Positions 52,821 to 64,000 of a DNA stretch of 64,000 nucleotides are shown in pieces. The first letter of the stretch is position 1; every line of letters begins with the position of its first letter. The stretch is from Nageia nagi (lineage: Eukaryota > Plantae > Pinophyta): contig JBITNC010000002.1 in assembly GCA_050084985.1 (NCBI GenBank), forward strand, positions 6,386,001 through 6,450,000, read 5' to 3'. The notes beneath the pieces are model-generated. The model saw only the letters and a list, made by a program, of their open reading frames with translations. It was not told the DNA's origin and did no database searches. Position numbers and translations under genes: made by a program.

Positions 52821-54059
52821 AACATCATAAGCAAGTTTATCATCACCTTTGTTGGATGAGCCATTAGACATGTATTTATCCTTTATAGTCATCATAATTT
52901 ATATTTGGTCAAGTTAAGCATGTTTATCATTATCATAGTTATTTGTGTAAGCATCATATGCATGCGTATGCTTGGTAGGTCTACAATCATATGATCATTT
53001 TCCTTTTAAATATTGGGTCAAAGTAGAAGTCTTTATCATTTTTCATTTTATTATTATCTTTTGTACAAGCATTGTATGTCTGCATTCTATGAATATGCTT
53101 GGTATGTATATAAGAATATGATCACAACATCCCTTAGCATGATCCTCTTATGTGTCATGAATCTTTGATACACCATCAATTTGTCATATTTTTCTTCTCT
53201 TCTTTGTCTTGTATTGTTCTTCCTTTCTCTATCTTATACGTCAAACTTTACTCCATTTTTATTTTTATCTCATTTGGTCATATTTCAATCCTTATATCAT
53301 CATGTCATTATTATCCTTTATCATCATCTTGCACTTATTTGAGGTTGTTAGATATTATCTTTGATCTACGATGAAGCAAGAATAGTCCTAAAGATGCATG
53401 AAATTCAGCCCTACCTTCAGACTAAATTCGCTCTCGAACCTCAACTACCCCACAACCATAGTCAAACTGGTTTCCATATCAAATGATGATCAAGTACTGA
53501 TGATAAAATTAGGTAGGTGGTAAAATAAGTTATGGGCTCCTCTTGGGCACATTAGCTTCAACAACATGAACACCTTCACATAGACACTAGCTCAGTCCCA
53601 CCTCCATGTTGGAAACTATTTGATGGTCACCTATTAGCCCCTTTTTTAAAAAGCTGCCCATTTAGATTTGGGCCTACCATATTTTATAATGCTACCTTTT
53701 TTGGGTTTTTGAGTTTTTAATATATATTTTATTTGTTTTCCTTTTTTATTTTTACTAAAAAATACCTAAACTTTGAAAGCACATTTCTCACACATACATG
53801 ATTGTATTCTTGATTCGAACAAAGCATCACAAAACTAGAGATGAATAGAAAAAAATGAATATGAGTAATTTGAATAATAAGAGGATCCAAAGTTTGGATC
53901 ATTCTTCTCCATTAAGAGATATTTTGACCCCAAAAGCATTTAGGATGATGGAATGAGTTGAGGGTAGAGCTCCCTCACCTGATCAACTGCAAATCACTTG
54001 GCCTTATGTGGGTGTTGTCCTTCACATCGATATGCTACACCCCATATTCACCAATACGA

Positions 54060-57000
54060 GATGATATTTTCTTATTTTCCAATATTTATTCCTCAATTAG
54101 AATTATCATGTGCTTAGGGACTAAATACTCAACTAATGGTAACATAATCCTTACATCTTCTGCAACCAAAGCTAGTTCGTACAACTTTAAATTCTCAACA
54201 TTCATAATCTCAATATTCATAATGGAATAAATCTACATATAAGGTGGAAGGTCTAATTGGAATGCATTATCATCAATTTGTGTAATAATATTGAATGGTC
54301 CATACCTTATCGATTTCAACTTCTTCCCCTTACCATGTTGTCTCTCCTTACTAAGATGAAACCACACCTGATCCCCAACTTGAAACTTATGATCCACTCT
54401 ATAATAACCATGACTCTCCTTATACTTAGACTAACTCCTCTCCAACTATTCTTGCACCTTTTTATGAATCAACTTTATCCTTTCAATAAAATTCTTAGCC
54501 TTCTCCTCCTCATGATGAAGAATGGCATCTTCATTACTAGTTGAAGTAAAAACCATATCAAAAGGTGACTTTGAAAAGTAACCAAAACATGTCTCAAAAG
54601 GAGATTTATTAGTAGAAGAGTGTAAAGCCTAATTATATGCATGCTGTATATAAATCAAATGTTCATCCCAAGTATTAAGATGCTTACCACAATAACTTGT
54701 AAAATATGTACCACTATCCTATTTATCACTTCAGTTTGCCCATCTATATGTGAATGAAATGTTGTGCTCCTGTTTAACTTGGTATTCATCCTTTCCCACA
54801 AAGAAGTCCAAAAATTTACAAGAAACCTTGAATACTTATCATAAATAATGGAAGGAAGACTAAAATGTATCCACACATAAGTAAAGAAAAGGTTAGCTAC
54901 TTCTTAACCTATCACAATCTTTTTACATGGGATTAGAATACACATTTTACTGAATAGATCCATAACCACATGCAAACAATCATATCTTCTTTTGGAAATA
55001 GGATAACCTCCAATAAAATACAAATAAATGCTTTCCCATGGTCATGTAAGAACTGAAAATGGCATATAGAGATCAAGTTTACTATTATTGGGTTTTCTAA
55101 CACTACATAACATACAACCTTTGATATACATGTATACATTTCCTTGCATCTTAGGCTAATAACAATATATTTGCAAATTAACAAGAGTTCTTACAACACC
55201 AAAGTGTCCTGAAATAGGAGAAGTGTGAGCTTCCCTAATAAGATAATTCCTTCACCATTAGGAATACAAAGCTTTCCTAAATGAAAAAGTAATCCTTCAT
55301 GCACGTGAAAGTCAATATTTCCATTTTCATTACCATGACTCAATCTATGATAGATACTTTGAAAATCAAGATCATCAACATATTGTTCTTTATAACCTTC
55401 ATGCATTAAAGAACTATTTTGCATGATTATACCAATAGCTACAATAGGAGGTATAATCAACATATCGAAAATCTTATTTTATGAACCCTTTTTATACTTA
55501 ATTACCAAATGAACTTGTTGCAAAAATCCCATCCAACACAAATACCTTGATTGTTGCAATTTAGACTGTGATTGAAGATACTATAAGGGTTGATGATTTG
55601 TATGTATTATTGTCTCTTTACCCACCAAATAGTATTTCTATTTTTTAACACTTTGAACTAATGTAAATAACTCTCGATCATGAATGGGATAGTTTCTTAC
55701 TGCATTATTAAACATCTCAAAGTGATAACAAATAGATGTCTTTCCTATAACAAAACTTTACCCATAGCATAATCACTTGCATCAATTTCAATTTCAAAAG
55801 ATTGTTAAAGATTAGGCAAACCAAGTACTAAAGCATTATTGATTTTTCTTTCAAGCAAATCAAAAGCTTGATGTTATTTTCCTCCCCATTTAAACCCATG
55901 ATTCTTCCATGTAATAGCATGGAGTGGAGAATCCATAAAAGAAATATTATCAATAAACTTGTGTAAATATTGCACAACCCTAAGAAAACTCCTTATTTCT
56001 ATCACATTAGTGGGTGTTGGTCATTGTATAACAGCCTCAACTTTGGCAAGATCTATCTTCAATTGGCCTCCACCTATAATGTGGCCTAGATAGATTAAGC
56101 TTTTCCTAACAAACTCACACTTAGATATTTTCAAATAGAGTTTAGCTTCCCTTAATGCTTCAAACACCTTATGAATTTGCATCACATGATCATTCTAATC
56201 ATTGTTGTCAATAAGAATAACATCCAAATACATAATAAAAAAATCATCAAGAAAGGTCTCAAAACCTCATTCATCACTCTCATAAAAGTAGTAGGACCAT
56301 GACATAAACCAAATGGTAAAACCAACCATTCAAATAATCCTTGTCTAGTTTTAAAAGTAATTTTTCAAACATCCTCATCTCTAACTCATACTTGATGATA
56401 ACCATTCCTTAAATCAAGTTTTGTAAAAATTTTAGCTTTTTGTAATTGGTCCATTAAATCATTAATGTATGGTAATGGATAATGATTATTTACCATGATT
56501 TTGTTTAATACCATGAAATCCACATGTATACATCAAGTTCCTTTTTTTTTTTTTTGGAATTATAAAGATAGTAGAACCACATGGTGAAGTGCTAGGTCTA
56601 ATGACTCCTTGATCTAACAATTCCTTGATTTATTTTTTAATTTGTTCACTTTCCATGATAGAATGTCTATATAAGCTAATATTAGGAAGTGCTACATCTT
56701 GATGCAATTGAATTTCATGTTGAATATCTCTTTTAGGTGGAAGTTATTTAGGTATTTGAAATAAATCCTCAAATTTAGAAATTACCTCTTTAACTTCTTC
56801 TTTGTAATGAGGATCACATTCATCAAGAGCTTTACTAATTTCCACTTCATTTTGAGATCTCACCATTGCAAGTGCAAACATTTATATTGCATTAATAAGT
56901 CTTTTTGCTATTCTTGCAATAATAAAAGAAATATTTTTTACCTTATTTTGATGAGAATTAACCATATATTTAATTCCATCCTTAATGAGTCTATATTTAT

Positions 57001-59180
57001 TTTCCTTTCTATAAAATAAAACATCTCTATCCCATAGATAAGGACCTCCTAGCACAATCCCACAAATGTCCAAGGGAGCAACATCAAGTAATACTTCATA
57101 AATGAAATCTCTATTACTTCCAAACTTCAATTTGCATTATTGAGTAACCTCTAACTTGGAATTTTTATGAACCCATCCCAATGGATATGGATGTGGATGT
57201 GGTTGAGTAGTGAGTGCAAGCGATCTTACATATTCCTCCATAATTAAGTTGGATTGAGAACTAGGATCAACTAATGTATCAATTCTAGTTTTCTTCACTT
57301 GTATCCTAATATGAAAAACTTCAATTCATTTCTTTGCCACATCATCATTATGTGTATCATGCAAGATGATACATGCCATTTTCTCATCTACATTAGAACC
57401 ACCTTTTGCTTATTTTGTAATAGTGGCTACTTGTTCATTTTTTTCTTTCCATTTAGGTTTAGGGCATAGTTTAGGATGTAATTTCCAACATTTAGCCTCT
57501 AAATGACCTTCTTTCTTACAATGAGTACATAGTTATTTAGATTTCTCTTTTTGAATCGTAGAAGTAGTTTTCCCTTTTCCTTTCTCCTTCCCTTTATCAT
57601 TATCAAAATTATTTTTTAGAAGCATTTTTTTAATTTCCACCCCTTACAAAATTTCCCATTTCTTATAAGTATGTAACTTGAACAAAAACATTATCTTATT
57701 AAGTTTGATTAAACTTCAATAGTGTATGTCTTAAATAGTTATGCAAACCACCACTATACTTAAGATGAGTATCTTGGGAATTAAGAGAAACAACTAGCAT
57801 TATAGCTCCTTTTTGAAACTTTGTAGTGTACTCTTTCACACTTTATCATTTGCTTTGATGAAAACTCTACCATTCCATAACCACCTTTTCTTGATAGGCC
57901 AATGGATAAAATTGATCTCTTAGCATTTGTACACAATGATCCCAAGTAGCAATGGAAGCCTTAAGTGATCCTTTCTCACTTTGAAGATGACTTTACCAAC
58001 AAATAAGTGTTGAGCCACCCATTTTAATGGTTGCTAATTGAATTTATCCTCATCATTTACAATATGTTGTATTCTACAATATACTTCAATTTATTTTATC
58101 TAATAATCTAACTTCTCAGCATTTACTTCATTAGTAAATATTGGCAAATCAAATTTTACTTCTAATTTCAAAGGAGAAATTTTAAAAGGACCTTATTATT
58201 TCTCATTGTTACCTTCACTTGTTTCACCTCTAGTTTTATTTAATTGTTGTTCTTGAAAATATTGAAATTGTAGAGATATTTTTTGAAACATTATTATGAG
58301 ATCTGCAAGTTGCTTTTCAACATTAGCTCCACCTTCACTAGACATCGATGCAAGATCTTTTTGCTTATTAAATAAAATATTGGAACTAATTTTAGGATCT
58401 TCTTCCATAACATCCCCTTCTACTTTCTTGCTATGTAATTTGGTATTCATGAAGCACAATTCTAAAATACCCAACAACAAACTAGCAAAAACATAGGTTA
58501 AATCCCAGGTATATAACTGCTTTGATACCAAACTTTATCCATAATTTAAAAGATTAAATTTGAACTTTAATCCTTCCAATAATCAATTCACACTTAATTA
58601 AATTAATTCTTACAACTATAATATTTATAGAATTAGAACTAGAACCATGTGTAAAACCAAAAAAGAACAAAAATCACACCATATAGGAACAAATCTATTA
58701 CTCTGGTTCACCCGATGTGGGATACATACAACAATAAAATTCTCTTCAATTAATGGGTGAAATGGTGTACAATAACCTCAAAAGTACTTCAACACCTCTT
58801 ATCACATTCACACAAACACCACAACTTTGAAACACATTAAAAATTGATCTCTAACTCTATACAATTCTTCTCCCTGAACACTTCCAAATTACCTCTTTTT
58901 ATAAGAGAAATATAGGATCAAATTTGGAGTGTTTTACAATAAGAAGTAACTATAAAATCACTATTTATATATACCTAATATTCCCACCTATCTAAAGTTC
59001 AAATTTGGATTCAATTGGTTAAGCTAATCTCCCAGAATTTGCTTTCGAACTCAAACAAACATACTCTTTGGAAACATAGGCTTGAAAATATTCTTAGCCT
59101 AAAATTAGGGCAAAACACCAATAGATATAATCTAAACACCTTTGAAAATATTCAAATCTTGAAAAAATAAAATAACTAGG
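54060..59180 (-). mobile_element. Met-primed Ty3/Gypsy element (chromovirus-like), degenerate gag-pol plus 5' LTR
   Basis: PBS TGGTATCAAAGC at 58519-58530, CCHC knuckle at about 57487-57530, protease TLVDPSS, RT KLDLRNGYHQV and MYLDV, RH IDASDYAMG, INT STTFHSHIDGQTEVINR. The LTR's outer boundary is approximate. Confidence 0.88.
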
Positions 59181-59399
59181 GTGGATCCAATCTATGGGTG
59201 CCACATGGCAACATAGGAATCATCGTGCGATTAATGAGACTACCATACTATAGGAGAGCAGTCAAATGATGCTCAAATAAGCTACAAGCTCATCCCTACC
59301 GCATTGGCTATGTGGTGGTAATGAATATATCTAATACCTATTTAAAATAGTTTAGTCAATGTTCTTTCCTTATTGCACTCCTAATTTTTAATAGTATGT

Positions 59400-61500
59400 A
59401 ATATCTCTTATTATATCATATTGATGATTAATTATATTTTGATTACAAGAGGTTCTTATGATAAAATATATTTGGATTACCTAACAATTGGAATTTACTC
59501 TCATAGGAACATGATTAAGTTGGAAATTGAGCATTATTTGCCTAAGTTTTAATTTTAGCTCTTTATTTTGTAATTAGCATGCATAAGGCTGATTTGTAGG
59601 GTCAATTGATTGATAAGATATCAATCAACATAATTGTTTAGATGATCATAACCTAGACAGAGATATCTAATTGATCAGCTTGCAGGTAAAAGTTGCAATC
59701 AATTTTGAGGTGGCCAATAATAATATTGAATCAGTCTAATGGTGGTTAATTACAATTTTGATTGCATAAAAGTATGATTTTATTTTTATATGTTGCTATT
59801 AATGCTAAATTATTGCATGGATATTTAGCTTCACTTTGTAATAAAAACAAAATTATAATGGTTTCTTATAAATCTAAGGATTGTAATGTCAATGTATGTA
59901 ATGTTGATATATCCTTGAGAGAGTAGACTCTATATATGTATGAGAAATAAGAAAGGAGGTTATTCCTTAAAGAGATACTATTATAGTAAGGATTCCATAT
60001 GTAAACAAAGAGAAAGGTCTAATAATTTAGTCATTGGTTGTATTCTTGGTGGATTTTGACTAATTGGAATAAAGGAATGGATATTCTCCATGAATAACTT
60101 TGGGTGAACCATGTTACATGCCATGTCTTCTCTTGTTAATCTTATTTGATTAATTCTTCTTCTTATTCTAAGCAAAGTAATTTTTCAATATTATTTTTAT
60201 ATATTGAATCTTAACAAGTGTTATTAGAGCTTCAGGTTTTGGAGGGAAGGATTATTAATAAAATTGGAGAAATGGCATAAGAAGGGAGGTTTTGAGTGGA
60301 GAATTTTTGTGGGAATAATTTTAAGTTTTTAAAGATGCAAATGGAGAACTAATTTTATGAAAAGGACCTTTATTTCATCCTTAGGGAATAGGGAAAGAGT
60401 AAACCCACAAACATGGATGATGTGTATTGGGACCTCTTTGATAGAATGACTTTGAGTATGGTGAGGCTATGTTTAGGAGACATGATAGCCTTCAAATTAT
60501 AAGAGGAAAAGATAAAAAAGGGTGTCAAGGATACATTGGCCAAGATGTATGAGAAACCCTTGGCATTAAACAAGTTATTTCTCATTAAAAGGTTATTTAA
60601 TATGCAAATGTGTGAAGGATAATCCATTTCAAACCACTTAAATGAGTTTAATATTGTGACTAACAAATTAAATTTAATTGATTTAGAGTTTGATGATGAG
60701 ATAAAGGCATTTATAATATTGTATTCATTGATGGATAAGTGGAGTAGCTTACTGGTGGTAGTATGTAATTCTTCTTCGAGTTTTAACAAGCTAGTATTTG
60801 ATGATGTGGTGGGCATCCTTCTAAGTGGGGACATACATAGAAAATCCATGGGAGAATCATATAGGAATTATGATACACTACTTGTTGACAATAGGGAAAG
60901 ATAGAGGGAAAGAGACAGATCTAAAACTCAAGGGAACTGAGAAGGTGTATCCAAGTGAAAAGGTATAGAGTGTTAGTATTGTGGGAAGAATGGACATCTC
61001 AAGAAGGATTATTGGACAAGGAAGAAAGGTGGAAAAAAAAGCAATGTGAATGAATGTAATAATCATGAATCCAAAATGGTTATTGAGTTTGTTGATGATG
61101 CTTTAATATAAATTATGTATATGTATAATGATTATTGGATTATAGATTTGAGTGCTTCTTTTCATGCTACTTCTCACAAGGGTTATTTTATTAAGTATGT
61201 TCAAGGAGATTTTAGAGAGGTTAAGTTGGGTAATGATCAACCCTGCAAGATAGTTGGAATCGGGAAGATAAGAATTAAATTATCTCATAGAAATTGGTGG
61301 GTCCTCAAGGAGGTGAGGTACATCCCATATTTGTAAAGGAATCTCATTTCAGATAGCAAACTTGATGGTGAAGGATATATCGTTTCATTCAAAAACAAGA
61401 CTTGAAAAGTGTCTAAAGGTTCTATAGTTTTTTCTAGGGGTAATATGATTGGTATATTATATTTTCTTACTAACATTTCTAATGATGTTGTGGACTTAGC
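59400..61500 (+). mobile_element. Ty1/Copia 5' fragment (LTR, PBS, gag, protease)
   Basis: ..TTAACA followed by an eroded Met PBS (TGTTATTAGAGC at 60219-60230), gag LAKMYEKP..NKLFLIKRLFN, protease WIIDLSASFH..EVRYIP. The LTR start is uncertain. Confidence 0.85.
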
Positions 61501-61982
61501 CTCTACAAATGGGAATGTAGACAAGGATATCATAATTTTGGAGATTAAAGTGAAATGAGGTTTGGTGAAAAGAAGAAATTTGTAAAGGATATTTCCAAGG
61601 ATAAGAAGAAGATGTGGATACCAAAGGTATAAGGAATTCTTCAACATAAAGATAAGGAAATTCCAATAACAAATGTTAATAGATGTGTAAGGGTTAGCCA
61701 AGATTTCTCCATAGTTTCATTTATTTTGTATATTGATGGTAGTAAGTGTTTTATACAAGATAAATCCAAGAAGGAGTGGGAGCTTAGGATGGAAATGTTA
61801 TCTACGAGTATGGAAGGTTTGTGTGATGTACCCTAAATTTTGAAAGAATGGATAAATACAATTTGAGAATCAAGCCACAATAATATTTATTTGTGATCTC
61901 TTTTGATAAAATTTTGGGCTACATTAGTCTAGGATGGGCGTAAAGGTAGATCCCAATAAGGTTAAGGAAACCATGGACATCA

Positions 61983-63142
61983 AGGTGCATGAAAGAAGTT
62001 GGGTCCACTAAAAGTGGACATAGGTGGAATAAAAAATAATTGGATAGAATAGGATCCCATGTTGTAAAAATTGGGATCCCATTTTATTTTGGGTTCCCAA
62101 GCCAAAATGAAAATGGAATCCTTATATATGGTTTAAGAACCCGAATAAAATGGGATCCCAACTTGAAAACAAGATCCTATTTTACAAAATGGGATCCCAT
62201 TTCTTTTTACATGGATCCATTGTACTTTAGATAATAAGATCCTGATATTTAATGGGATCCTATTTTATAATAGGATCCCATTCCAAATTTAAAATTTTCT
62301 TTCATCGAGCTTTGCCTTATATTTTTGCTTGGGAGAGACATGGTGGCCCAATCCTCAATCTTGTACATACATTTGCAAGTTCCTATCAATGGTGATGAAA
62401 AAACCAACTTTCAACATGTATTTGATAATCTTTTTTATAGATTTTATTTTGAAATTAAAATCCATTATATATGAGAGAGTGTAGATTTCAAATATATAAT
62501 TTTTTTTTATATAATTAGATTATATTTTCTAATTTTCAATCAAACTTATCCATAAACTTGAAAAAGTAGGTTGTCTTATTTTTTTTAATAACTTTTTTAT
62601 TTTTAATAATTATGAAAATAAAAATTATATGAAAAAATTCTACACATAATTCTCTACTAAATAAAAAAATCTAAAAAAAGATAAGTTTAGGTCAAGTTAT
62701 GTTGGCCCAACAAAAGCACTAATAAAAATGTAATTATGATCAATAAAAAATTAATAAAAAAATTCATCAAAAAATTATGAAAAAATATTCTCAAAATTCT
62801 TCAATGTATTAACTATCTTATCCTAAAAGGATTTTAAAAAATACTTTAATTTAGGTAAAATTATGTTGGCCCAACAGTTATTGGTATGATCCTAAAATAA
62901 TAAAATTTAAATAGAGGTTTTAATACATGCCCATAAAATTTTAATTTATATCATATGGGTATTGGAATAAATTACATATTTGAAAATTAAACTTGGAGAA
63001 CTACATTTTTTTTGAAGTGACTATTTCAAAATTCCATCTCTAAGTGCTTCAAATTTTGAGATCAACTATAACTAAACTAAAAATCAAAGAAAAATCGTAC
63101 ACTTTTTAGCCATAAAGTGGACCCGTCTTCTTGCACTTACCC
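61983..63142. mobile_element. 1.16-kb non-autonomous TIR DNA transposon
   Basis: 27-bp imperfect TIRs (20/27 match, core AAGAAG..GGGTCCACT), ATCA on both flanks. Removing it restores the host RT frame. Confidence 0.8.
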
Positions 63143-63946
63143 ATCAATCTATAAAGAAATTTAAAGTAGTTGAAAAGTATTTCAGGTAAGGTTCAAGCTA
63201 TTATAAGGTTTATTTCTCAACTATCATGTGAATGTGCTCCATTTTCTCATTTAATCAAGAACGGAATAAAATTTGTATGGGATGAAAAATGTGAAGCATA
63301 TTTGAAAGAATTAAAACATATCTATGAAATCCTTCAATTTTATTTCCATATCAACATGGATAACCTTTATGGTTATATGTATCAAATACTTTGTAAGCCT
63401 TAGGGACAATGCTTGCAAGAAAATATTAAGAGGGAAAAGAGAGGGTTGTTTACTTCATTAGCAAAACATTGGTGGATTATGAGATAAGGTATATTCCTAT
63501 ATAAAAAATATGTTATGATATTATTTTTGCAATATAAAAATTGAGGCATTACATGTTGGGAAGCATAACACATGTGATAACAAAGGATGATCCATTAAAA
63601 TATCTTTTTTCTAAGCCATGCTTATGTGGAAGAGTTGAAAAATGGGTAATGTTACTCAAAGAGTTTTATCTTGTTTTTGTAAATCATAAATCAATAAAGG
63701 TTAAAGTTCTAGAAAATTTATGGTTGAGTTTCTAAATGATGATTAATCTCCCCTTCATGAAGAGTTTCAAGATATGTGTGCTTTAATTGAAAAATACAAG
63801 TGTGAACTTTATATTGTGATGGTTCAAAATGCATGTATGGAGAATGGGGAAGAATTATTTTGATCTCTCCAAATAATTTTGTCAATCCATTTTCTTTTAG
63901 ATTGGCTTTTGATTGCACTAAAAACATAGTTGAATATGAGGCTCTT

Positions 63947-63990
63947 ATTTTGGGATTAAGGGAAACCAATTTTGGGATTAAGGGAAACCA
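63947..63990. repeat. 22-bp perfect tandem duplication
   Basis: ATTTTGGGATTAAGGGAAACCA twice. Confidence 0.95.
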
Positions 63991-64000
63991 TTGGCATGAA

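Larger units (their letters stand above)
61800..64000 (+). mobile_element. Tat-lineage Gypsy RT-RH-second RH fragment, interrupted by a TIR element
   Basis: VDPNKVK.. continues after 63142 as RNLK*LKSISGKVQAIIRFISQL, then LRHYMLG..DPLKYLFSKP and LYCDGSKC..VEYEALILGL. Confidence 0.88.

Noticed and set aside
53370-54060. Possible 3' LTR of the Met-primed Gypsy, or a separate DNA element
   Set aside because: Only a weak short match to about 59035-59060, with no termini, PPT or TSD established.

Overview
AT-rich plant nuclear DNA, most likely from a gymnosperm (conifer). This is inferred from the retroelement types, the heavy C>T/G>A erosion and an apparently very long TE-filled intron. There is one host gene: the terminal exon (11477-12526, +) of a P-class PPR gene of the At1g01970/At1g19525 group. 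I found no upstream exon in the window, so 1-11476 is probably intron. That stretch holds two hAT transposase relics, a Gypsy accessory-ORF region with tandem arrays, a LINE ORF1 and a 239-bp direct repeat. From about 13 kb to 64 kb the window is a transposon graveyard, and its nesting can be reconstructed. A Tat-type Gypsy is split by a 20.7-kb LTR element lacking gag-pol. That element in turn carries a roughly 270-bp TRIM, a 3.6-kb pol-less LTR element and a full Tat element with a young solo-LTR-like insert. Further on are tandem gag-only elements sharing one LTR, a Met-primed Gypsy, a Copia fragment and a 1.16-kb TIR element with an apparent 4-bp TSD. The most interesting candidates are the ultra-small TRIM with a tRNA B-box-like motif next to its PBS, the 4-bp-TSD DNA transposon, and the pol-less LTR elements carrying unknown ORFs. 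All alignments were done by eye, and boundaries of degenerate elements are approximate.
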